Of a DNA stretch of 21,558 nt, positions 6,956 through 14,777 are shown piece after piece (within the stretch, counting starts at the first letter, position 1; each line of letters opens with the position of its first letter). The stretch is from Campylobacterota bacterium (GTDB taxonomy: Bacteria > Campylobacterota > Campylobacteria > Campylobacterales > Sulfurimonadaceae), in assembly GCA_034661055.1 (NCBI GenBank), contig JAYEKO010000021.1, positions 1 through 21,558 on the forward strand, read 5' to 3'. The position numbers and the translations under genes were made by a program. The notes beneath the pieces were generated by a model, which was not told the origin of the DNA, did not search any database, and saw nothing but the letters and a program-made list of their open reading frames with translations.

Positions 6956-7858
6956 TTATGCAAATGCGTTTTCAAACTCTTGTTTAGACTCGTCTAAAAC
7001 TTGTTGATCACCTTTTTGCATCTCTTTAGCTGCTGCTGCTGCTACTTTTTCATCAATTTCTATATTATTTGAAGTTGCTAGTTTTGTAAATGCATCTTTG
7101 CCATTAGTTGCTAAAAGTGCAACAGTCTCCATCTGAACTAAGAGTGATTTTAGACCACCAAAGTTTTTAATCGCCCATGGTAAGTTGTCTTTTGCAAAGT
7201 CAGCAATCTCTTTATCCCATCCAATTAACAGTGCAGTATATTTTGGTGCTGACTGGAAAACTATTCCCCATGCTTCACTTACTTTTTCACTGTCAACTAT
7301 TTTAGCTGTTTCAGCCATAGCTACAATTTTGTCAGTCTGCTCTACAATTCCTTCATTTAGTGCTGCTTTATCTCCAACAGCTTTAATGTCTGCTATCTCA
7401 GCACGTAATTTTTTAACCTCTTCAGTCTGTTCCATAGCTTCTAATATTTTTTCATTAACAGTACCTAGGTTTGCAAAATATCTGTTTGAGATTGTCTCAA
7501 CATATTTTAGTCTCATATCTGCTTCACATGTATTTGTAATTTTTGCAGGCATCTGAATGTCTTTCATGTCAATAATACTTGCCATAGCAGATTCAATGGC
7601 ATAAGAAAGTAGTTTCTCTTTAGCCATGTCCATAAAGCCTACTGAAGCGCCTGTTAATCGTGGAATACAGTTTTGCCCTTTAATTACATATTGACCAGTA
7701 GCAAGATTAGTATTAGCCGTATTAGCTAATGAACTTTTTGTCATAGCTGACGGCATTATACCCGATTGAAGGCCACTAGCAGCCATGCCTGCCATTTCAT
7801 TTGCACAACCGGTAAATAGTAAGACAGCAGCACTGCTTAATCCAATAATTTTTTTCAT
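6956..7858 (-). CDS. Alpha-helical lipoprotein of unknown function, first gene of the minus-strand operon
   Basis: RBS AAGGG 6 nt before ATG 7858. Lipobox FTGC (Cys18). Ala/Met/Glu/Lys-rich helical composition. Confidence 0.75.
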   Translation of the reverse strand: MKKIIGLSSAAVLLFTGCANEMAGMAASGLQSGIMPSAMTKSSLANTANTNLATGQYVIKGQNCIPRLTGASVGFMDMAKEKLLSYAIESAMASIIDMKDIQMPAKITNTCEADMRLKYVETISNRYFANLGTVNEKILEAMEQTEEVKKLRAEIADIKAVGDKAALNEGIVEQTDKIVAMAETAKIVDSEKVSEAWGIVFQSAPKYTALLIGWDKEIADFAKDNLPWAIKNFGGLKSLLVQMETVALLATNGKDAFTKLATSNNIEIDEKVAAAAAKEMQKGDQQVLDESKQEFENAFA

Positions 7859-7944
7859 CAATTTCCCTTAAATTTTTTGTTATCCTACTATAAAAGAAAT
7901 TGATTTATGATGATTTACATTAGTATTTAATAATTTATTATCAA

Positions 7945-7974
7945 TAAGTAACATTAGTATACAAATGTTACTTA
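7945..7974. promoter_or_regulatory. 30-bp palindrome in the divergent promoter region, candidate operator
   Basis: TAAGTAACATT-a-GTATAC-a-AATGTTACTTA, with 14 of 15 pairs symmetric. It is flanked by a further 10-bp inverted repeat (7931-7940 / 7977-7986). Confidence 0.6.
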
Positions 7975-8046
7975 ATTAATAAATTATCTTGATGTTTGTG
8001 TAATTTACAGATATATTAACTATTCTAAAAATAACAAGGATGAATA

Positions 8047-9432
8047 ATGAACAAGAAGTTGATACTATCAATATGTGCGGTGGCAATTTTATGCATGCCA
8101 ATTTTTGCTAATGAGGAAGACACTCAAATGCAGATACAGCAGACAATCTCACAAGAAGATGTTCAAAAAATAAATGAGATGAGTGATGCCAATACCATTC
8201 CAGAGCTAAGTGCATCAGATAGTATTGATGACTGGGCAGATAGTGCTTTAAATAAATTTGGTCTATCTGAATTTGGAGAGCATAATGGAAAGTTTTTTAT
8301 CTTTGCTCAACAGACTGTTATGCTAAAGCCAACAGACCCTCAGTTTGGCGATTCTGTTGCTAATGCTTATGATAAGGCGATGATGAAACTACATGAGAAA
8401 TATGTGATGATTCGCTTTGGTAAGACTACTGTTGATAAGATGAAATCTTTTTATAGTGATAGATCAACTAATGCAAAAAATATAGAGTTGCCTTCACCAA
8501 GTGCTCCTGGTTTTTTATCTAAATTAATGCTGGTACTAGATAAAAAACTAGATGTTATTGGTGCAAAACTAGATGATGAATTAGTAGCATTAGGAGAAGA
8601 TAGAGACTCTATTATGAAGATGACTCCTAAAATGAAAAAAGATATTTTTCGCGATAAATTTGTAAAAAATACAATTAGAAAAGCGCAAGGAAGTATAGCT
8701 GGACTAATTCCAATTCAGACTTCATTGGCAAGTGATAAAAAAGGTACATACAGTATAGGTGTTATTGCAGTTGCTTCACAAAAAACTATACAGATAGCAA
8801 AAGATATCTCACTACAGAGAAAGTCTATAGTTTCTGGAAAAGGTAGAGAAATATCTACTCTTATTCCTAAGTCTAATGAGCAGTTTTTGGGTACGTTTGG
8901 AACTAGATTGGCGTATGATATGGATGGTTCGCCTATGATTATCTCGTATGGTATGGCATCTTATCTGCCTGATAGTGGTGATGATTATATCAATGATGAA
9001 TTGAAGTCTGATGCAAGAAGTACAGCAATTGCTAATGCAGATACTCAGATCGCGGAGCTAATTAATGGGCAGATGAATGTGAAGTCTCAGAAAAAAAGTG
9101 GTGAAGAGATAAAAAAATATGTTGAGAGAGAGGTTAAGGCCAACTCAGATACAATTGAAAAGACAATTAAAAATATTATTAAAATAACAGACAAGACAAT
9201 TAAAAGTAATGCAAGTGCTAAACTTCAAGGTATCTCTACTGTTAAAACATGGAGATTTACTACAGCAGAAAAACATAAATATATAGGTGCTGTTCGTGTT
9301 TGGAGGTACTCAACTCTAAAAGCAGTTAATGATTTTAATAAGCCAAATAGAGATAGAGATTCAAAAAAGAAAAAAACTTATAGCTCAAATATACAGGCTT
9401 CAGAGCCTGTAAATACAATGAATGATTTTTAA
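8047..9432 (+). CDS. Exported protein, probably DUF6844-type (family found upstream of CsgG-domain genes)
   Basis: RBS AAGGA. Signal MNKKLILSICAVAILCMPIFA-N. Motifs FGTRLAYDMDGSPMIISYG and ASAKLQGISTVKTW, and a C-terminal DF. The family name is from recollection and is unverified. Confidence 0.55.
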   Translation: MNKKLILSICAVAILCMPIFANEEDTQMQIQQTISQEDVQKINEMSDANTIPELSASDSIDDWADSALNKFGLSEFGEHNGKFFIFAQQTVMLKPTDPQFGDSVANAYDKAMMKLHEKYVMIRFGKTTVDKMKSFYSDRSTNAKNIELPSPSAPGFLSKLMLVLDKKLDVIGAKLDDELVALGEDRDSIMKMTPKMKKDIFRDKFVKNTIRKAQGSIAGLIPIQTSLASDKKGTYSIGVIAVASQKTIQIAKDISLQRKSIVSGKGREISTLIPKSNEQFLGTFGTRLAYDMDGSPMIISYGMASYLPDSGDDYINDELKSDARSTAIANADTQIAELINGQMNVKSQKKSGEEIKKYVEREVKANSDTIEKTIKNIIKITDKTIKSNASAKLQGISTVKTWRFTTAEKHKYIGAVRVWRYSTLKAVNDFNKPNRDRDSKKKKTYSSNIQASEPVNTMNDF

Positions 9433-9442
9433 GTAGCTAGTA

Positions 9443-11512
9443 ATGAATTTAATTATAAAAATATTTTTATCACTTTTTGTATTGTCAGCAGTGTTGTTTT
9501 CACAAGAGGGTACACGTGTTGAAAAAGTAACAGAGCTTAGCGGCTATGGTACAAGTAAAACTCAAGCTATACAAAATGCTTTAGTTGAAGCTGTTAAACA
9601 GAAAAATGGTGCCTATATAAAGTCTGTTAAAGAGGCTTTTCGCTCAAGTTCTAAAAAATATGTGTCTGATGGTACTGACAGTGCGAGTCTCAATGAGATG
9701 AACAGTGAGATGAATCAGTTAGTTAAAGTAGCTACAAGTGGTTATATAGATAGCTATGAGATTGTAGATATGATAAGTCATGATTCTGATTTTGAAGCGG
9801 TAATTAAAGTATATACTGTCGAATATAGAGCACCAGGCAATAGTGCCCACAAAAGACGCAAGATTGTTATTGTTCCGTCATATACTCAGGGTGCTAACTT
9901 TAGAGTTCTAAGTAGTAATAAAAGCTCAAGAGAGCTTAGTGATAGCTTAACTCAAGAGATTATCAGCTCAGTAACTCAGACGAGAAAATTTTCTGTTTTG
10001 GATAGAGAAAACTCTAAGGCATATAATGATGAAAAAAGTGTTATCCTCTCACCTGACGCGCATAAAGATGAGATGCTTAAACTTGGTAATGTTTTAGGGA
10101 CTGACTACCTTGTTGTTTCAACTATTAAGAATTTTAAAATTGTAAACCAAAAAACATATATTGAGTCAATAGGTAGAGAAATAAGTAAACTCAAAGCCTT
10201 AGCTACTGTTCAATATCAAATTATTACTATGGCAACAAAGCAGATAAAGTGGTCAAATACAATCTCTTTTGACTTTAAGCCAAGGGGAAAAACTGATACG
10301 CAGATATTTAACAATGTGCTACAAAAAATCAGTGAAGATTTAAGCTATGAAATAATTGAAAATGTTTACCCTGTAAAGATAGATAATATCTCTGGTAACG
10401 GAGATGCAATACTTAGCCAAACACTAGAAGTCGGTACTCTCTATGATGTCTATTCATTAGGTGAAAAACTTTTTGACTCATATACAAAAGAGTTCTTAGG
10501 TTATGATGAGGTTAAAATAGGTACTGTTGAGGTTGTTAGATCTTTGCCAAAAATCTCTTATGCAAGAGTAATAGAGGGTGATATACAAAAAAATACTATC
10601 TGTAGAAAAGCTAAAAATACAAAAAGAAAATCTTCCAAAGCTAATAAAAGTAGAAGCAGCTCTAATGATGCTAAAGATAAAGATGCCAAAAAATATATAG
10701 CTATTAAAAGCTTAAGCATTAGCAGTGGAATAGATAACTATAAACACAAGTACATTAAAGATGCAAATATTGCAGTTAAGATTAAAGATATTGTAAATAA
10801 GTCAAAAAAATATAGAGTTCTAACTAGAGACAGTGAACAGGCTAAAGCCATGTTAGATGAGAATGCACTCTCAAATAGTGACTTATCTGATGATATTGAT
10901 GAAGGTTCAATTAAATTTTCAAATGTGGACTATCAGTTACTGCCGAAGGTGACAAAGTTTAAGATATCTACATCATCAAAGAAAATTCCAGATATTGATG
11001 CTTATGAAAATTCAGATTACATAAAAATGGAATTAAATATTGTAGTTATGGATAGAAAAGGCGAGGTTGTTTTTGAGTCTACAAAATCTGATAAATACTC
11101 AAGATTATGGTCGAGTGACTCAAAATTAAAAAGAAGTAAACCATCATATAAAAATGTTAGTAAACTTGCTGATAAGCTAACATCTAACGTATTATATGAT
11201 TTACTTAATAAAAAAGCAGAGATACTATCTAAGAAATTCATTACTGTTGTAGAAGTAGGTAAAAAGACTATTTATCTAGACTTGGGTGATAGTAGTGAGA
11301 TAGAAGAGGGTAACGAATACCCAGTCTATAAAGAACCAACAGTTAAAACTATTAAAAGAACCGGTAAAACAAGACTCAGCTACGGAGAGAAAATTGCAGT
11401 TGTTAAAATTGACGGAATCTTTGATGATGGTGCAGAAGCTGTTTTAGTCAGTGGTAAAATATCTAAAATCAAAGAAGGCTATATACTAAGAGTAAAAAAG
11501 AAACAGAAGTAG
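9443..11512 (+). CDS. Exported CsgG/HfaB-domain protein with a duplicated CsgG-like + FlgT-C-like module
   Basis: Signal peptide. N-domain GYGTSKTQAIQNALVEAVKQ. CsgG-like TQTRKFSVLDRE...LGNVLGTDYLVV. Beta domain YDVYSLGEKLFDSYTKEFLG. Second copy NKSKKYRVLTRD...YLDLGDSSEIEEGNEYPVYKE. Confidence 0.75.
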   Translation: MNLIIKIFLSLFVLSAVLFSQEGTRVEKVTELSGYGTSKTQAIQNALVEAVKQKNGAYIKSVKEAFRSSSKKYVSDGTDSASLNEMNSEMNQLVKVATSGYIDSYEIVDMISHDSDFEAVIKVYTVEYRAPGNSAHKRRKIVIVPSYTQGANFRVLSSNKSSRELSDSLTQEIISSVTQTRKFSVLDRENSKAYNDEKSVILSPDAHKDEMLKLGNVLGTDYLVVSTIKNFKIVNQKTYIESIGREISKLKALATVQYQIITMATKQIKWSNTISFDFKPRGKTDTQIFNNVLQKISEDLSYEIIENVYPVKIDNISGNGDAILSQTLEVGTLYDVYSLGEKLFDSYTKEFLGYDEVKIGTVEVVRSLPKISYARVIEGDIQKNTICRKAKNTKRKSSKANKSRSSSNDAKDKDAKKYIAIKSLSISSGIDNYKHKYIKDANIAVKIKDIVNKSKKYRVLTRDSEQAKAMLDENALSNSDLSDDIDEGSIKFSNVDYQLLPKVTKFKISTSSKKIPDIDAYENSDYIKMELNIVVMDRKGEVVFESTKSDKYSRLWSSDSKLKRSKPSYKNVSKLADKLTSNVLYDLLNKKAEILSKKFITVVEVGKKTIYLDLGDSSEIEEGNEYPVYKEPTVKTIKRTGKTRLSYGEKIAVVKIDGIFDDGAEAVLVSGKISKIKEGYILRVKKKQK

Positions 11513-11519
11513 TCAAAGA

Positions 11520-12557
11520 TTAAAAAGTGCTAGGAACATCATTTAATGTTCTTAGCAGTTGCAACTTCTCCTCAAGATTCTCTTTAGTAATTATCATATC
11601 AACTTCTGGACATTGTGAAGGCTTTTGTAAAATCTGATTACTCACACACTCATTGGTCTCAATAAAAGCGTGGTTGGAGTCTTGAAAATAGGTTCTAGCA
11701 TTATCACTTAAAGCATTAATGTACATAAAATGGTGAACTTTTCCAAATACATTGACAGTCTCTTTTAACCATCTCTCATATTTTATATAGGTCTCTTGAT
11801 TCATAGATTCTTTAAAATGTTTGGTACATACGGGCGTAGTAAAGAGAACAAATTCTATCTCAGGGTATGCATCTCTCATTTGGTTCATATAGCTACTATA
11901 GTTTTCATCGAAAGGTTTTGAGTATCTCTGTGAGTTATAGATCTCAATATCTCTAGCAATGCGTAGAGCATATTTTTCATCACTGAGGCGTTTTTTAGAA
12001 CGTTTTACATTATTGTGCTGGTACTTTGCAGCTGGTTTTACAAAGCTATAGATAAAGTTTTTAATAGAGTAGTGAATGGTATCCATACTAAAAAGTAATT
12101 TGAGTTTGTAATATGGCTTAGTCAGTGGTGCTAGAATGGTTTTAGGATTTCGTGAGGCTCTCTGTTTGTATTCTAATGCTCCGTAAAAATCCAAACCTAA
12201 AATCACCCGTTTAATAGGCTGCTTGGCGTCATGAATGGCAAAGTCAAGATAGGCTTTGTACTCATTTGGTTGCAGCGCAGGGTTGGCATAGTTAAAAGTT
12301 TTCCCATCCCATTTTGTCTGATCCATATAGGTGGTACGACTGCTACCAAATAAAATGGTGTCATACTTTTGAGATCTAAAATATAAAATATTACTTTTTT
12401 GCTGTCGTCCTTTTCCTCCACTTTGGTACTGATTAAACGGATGAGAGTACTCAAATGTCCATAAGGGATCCATGAAAATATTAATAGCTGCAAATAGTGT
12501 TAGTGTTCCTAAAATTGAGGCGAGTGTTTTAATAATCCATCTCTTATTTGATGACAT
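11520..12557 (-). CDS. Membrane-anchored SGNH-like protein, partner of the MBOAT (start revised to ATG 12557)
   Basis: N-terminal TM helix. ILFGSSR nucleophile-like block and FQDSNH (DxxH). RBS AGGA overlaps the MBOAT stop. Confidence 0.7.
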   Translation of the reverse strand: MSSNKRWIIKTLASILGTLTLFAAINIFMDPLWTFEYSHPFNQYQSGGKGRQQKSNILYFRSQKYDTILFGSSRTTYMDQTKWDGKTFNYANPALQPNEYKAYLDFAIHDAKQPIKRVILGLDFYGALEYKQRASRNPKTILAPLTKPYYKLKLLFSMDTIHYSIKNFIYSFVKPAAKYQHNNVKRSKKRLSDEKYALRIARDIEIYNSQRYSKPFDENYSSYMNQMRDAYPEIEFVLFTTPVCTKHFKESMNQETYIKYERWLKETVNVFGKVHHFMYINALSDNARTYFQDSNHAFIETNECVSNQILQKPSQCPEVDMIITKENLEEKLQLLRTLNDVPSTF

Positions 12558-12567
12558 ACATGTAATC

Positions 12568-14019
12568 CTAAAAATTAAAGTACAAGAATTCACTCACTCT
12601 TGTAAAGTGTAAAAATGACACAACAAAAAAGAGGAACATTAGTATTGAATTTTTTCTTGAAGTGTTAAAGTTCTGTATTGCAAAAGAGGAGTTTTGAAAC
12701 TTAAGTACAACAGTAAAAGCAGCCGCAAGCCAGAGTAAAATCAGTGCATTTCCATCAACAGCAGCAAAAACTTTACCACTCTCTATCTCTTTAAGCATAG
12801 ATATTTTTCTAATGACTTCAACTGGAAGCATGAGCTCACCAAAGAACATTGATGAGAGGACTTTGAGTGCACCATCAAACTCTTTTGCTCTGAAAAATAC
12901 CCATGTAATATTAATGAAGTTAAAAGTAATGAGCCATGCTAACCACTTTGGCATTGTGATGCCTATATTGCTCCAGAGTCGGTGAATGACAAGAGCAGCG
13001 CCATGTAAAAAGCCCCAAAATACAAAGGTCCAGCCAGCGCCGTGCCAGATGCCTCCTAAAATAAAAGTAGCCATAAGGTTATTGTAGGTCCTAAAGCTCC
13101 CTTTTCTATTTCCACCCAATGGAATGTAGATGTAGTCTCTTAAAAAACGGCTTAATGTTATATGCCAACGTCGCCAAAAATCTTGAATATTTAGAGCTTT
13201 ATAGGGGCTGTTAAAGTTAAATGGCAGTCGAATGTTAAAGAGTAGTGCAGTACCAATTGCCATATCAGTATAGCCGCTAAAGTCAAAATATAGTTGAAAG
13301 GTATAGCTCAAGCTTGTTGCCCAAGCTGCCAGTATATTAAGGTTCTGTGCCACATCAAAACCGTTAGTTGCCCAGATGGCAAATTTATCGGCAATAACTA
13401 CCTTTTTAAAGAGACCCATTGAGAAGATAAAAAGTCCTAAAGCGATATTTTTGTAATTTTTTGCTAAATTCCAGCGTGATGCAAACTGCGGCATCATCTC
13501 TTTATGGTGAACAATAGGCCCTGCGATGAGTTGTGGAAAAAAGGTGACAAAGAGTGCATAGTTTAAGAAATCATACTCTCTGGTCTCACCTCGGTAGCTA
13601 TCTACCAAGTAAGCAATCTGCTGAAAGGTAAAAAATGAGATTGCAAGAGGGAGTGCAAGGTGCAGTAGGTTAACATTAGCACTAAATGCTACATTGAAAT
13701 TTTCAATAAAGAAGTCACTATATTTAAAATATCCAAGAAGTGAAAGGTTTGCCACAACGCCTATGCTTAGAAGTGCTTTTTTACTGATTTTAACTTTTTT
13801 AAAGTTCTCATTAAGACTATTTCCAACAACGTAGCTAAAGAGCATGGAGGATAAAATAAGGGGCAGATATGCTACATTCCACCATGAGTAAAAAAAGAGT
13901 GAGGCAAAGACTAAAAAACCTTTTGCACCTGCAATTAGTCGTTGGCTAAGTAGGTAAAAATAGATAAAAAAAGTAAATGGCAGAAAGAAAAATATAAACT
14001 CATACGAATTAAAGAGCAT
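12568..14019 (-). CDS. MBOAT family O-acyltransferase (AlgI/PatA/DltB-like)
   Basis: MLFNS start, LPLAISFFTFQ, FFPQLIAGPI, YFDFSGYTDMAIG, FWRRWHITLSRFLRDYIYIPLGG, catalytic GIWHGA, C-terminal FLYFNF. Confidence 0.95.
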   Translation of the reverse strand: MLFNSYEFIFFFLPFTFFIYFYLLSQRLIAGAKGFLVFASLFFYSWWNVAYLPLILSSMLFSYVVGNSLNENFKKVKISKKALLSIGVVANLSLLGYFKYSDFFIENFNVAFSANVNLLHLALPLAISFFTFQQIAYLVDSYRGETREYDFLNYALFVTFFPQLIAGPIVHHKEMMPQFASRWNLAKNYKNIALGLFIFSMGLFKKVVIADKFAIWATNGFDVAQNLNILAAWATSLSYTFQLYFDFSGYTDMAIGTALLFNIRLPFNFNSPYKALNIQDFWRRWHITLSRFLRDYIYIPLGGNRKGSFRTYNNLMATFILGGIWHGAGWTFVFWGFLHGAALVIHRLWSNIGITMPKWLAWLITFNFINITWVFFRAKEFDGALKVLSSMFFGELMLPVEVIRKISMLKEIESGKVFAAVDGNALILLWLAAAFTVVLKFQNSSFAIQNFNTSRKNSILMFLFFVVSFLHFTRVSEFLYFNF

Positions 14020-14022
14020 CTA

Positions 14023-14769
14023 CTATCCTCGCATCTTTTTGAGTTTTGCTTTTTGTTTAATATACTCTTGGTGTTCGTTATGAAACTGTTGCAGTCTCTC
14101 AATACACCACGTTTTTTCAAGTCCCGAAACTTCAGCATAATAGGTGGCAATGGCTACTGTATCTTTTTCATTTGCTGAGAAGCGCGCGAGATTTTTCATT
14201 CTAAGTTCATCAGTGTAGTCAATGAATTTCATACGATTGACATCAACAATGTAAAAAAGGTAGCCCTCATCTTCTTTTTTAATTAAGACATTCCCCGGGG
14301 AGTAGTCAACGTGATAGACTCCGGCATTATGAAGTTTAAAAGAGAACTCTGCAAACTCTTTGTAGATAGTATCACGGTCTTTGAACTCTTCATCGGTTAA
14401 AACAGCACGAATCTCAAAATCAAAATCAAAATGCTCACAAATATAATAACTCTCTTTAAAAAGTCCAAGTTTTTTGTATTCAACATAGGCGATGGGCATG
14501 GGTGTGGCAATACCAAGATCAATAAGCTTTTGAGAATACATGTAAGAGCGAGCTGCCTTAGATTCTCTAAAAAAACTATAGACAATTTGATTGATAATAT
14601 TGGGAATTTTAAAAGATTTTACAACAACTTTATGATTTTTAATATCAAATATTTTAAGAACATTTCTAGAGTTATGAATGATAGTGGCATCATCACTGAA
14701 ATGTTTTTTTATGTCTTCTATAAAAGGACGTAAAATTTCAAAAGATTGTTCAATTACTACGGTGCTCAT
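14023..14769 (-). CDS. Lipopolysaccharide kinase, Kdo/WaaP/InaA family
   Basis: VVVKSF Lys, SKAARSY, catalytic loop LHNAGVYHVDYSPGNVL, metal-binding IVDVNR. Confidence 0.85.
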   Translation of the reverse strand: MSTVVIEQSFEILRPFIEDIKKHFSDDATIIHNSRNVLKIFDIKNHKVVVKSFKIPNIINQIVYSFFRESKAARSYMYSQKLIDLGIATPMPIAYVEYKKLGLFKESYYICEHFDFDFEIRAVLTDEEFKDRDTIYKEFAEFSFKLHNAGVYHVDYSPGNVLIKKEDEGYLFYIVDVNRMKFIDYTDELRMKNLARFSANEKDTVAIATYYAEVSGLEKTWCIERLQQFHNEHQEYIKQKAKLKKMRG

Positions 14770-14777
14770 AGGTGCCT

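Noticed and set aside
4372..11512. Flagellar (flgT/flgO/flgP) gene cluster
   Set aside because: Only domain-level resemblance. No flagellar structural genes or evident sigma54/sigma28 promoter are in the window.
12568..14019. Naming the MBOAT dltB, algI or patA
   Set aside because: The motifs are shared across the family and no pathway-specific partner genes are present.
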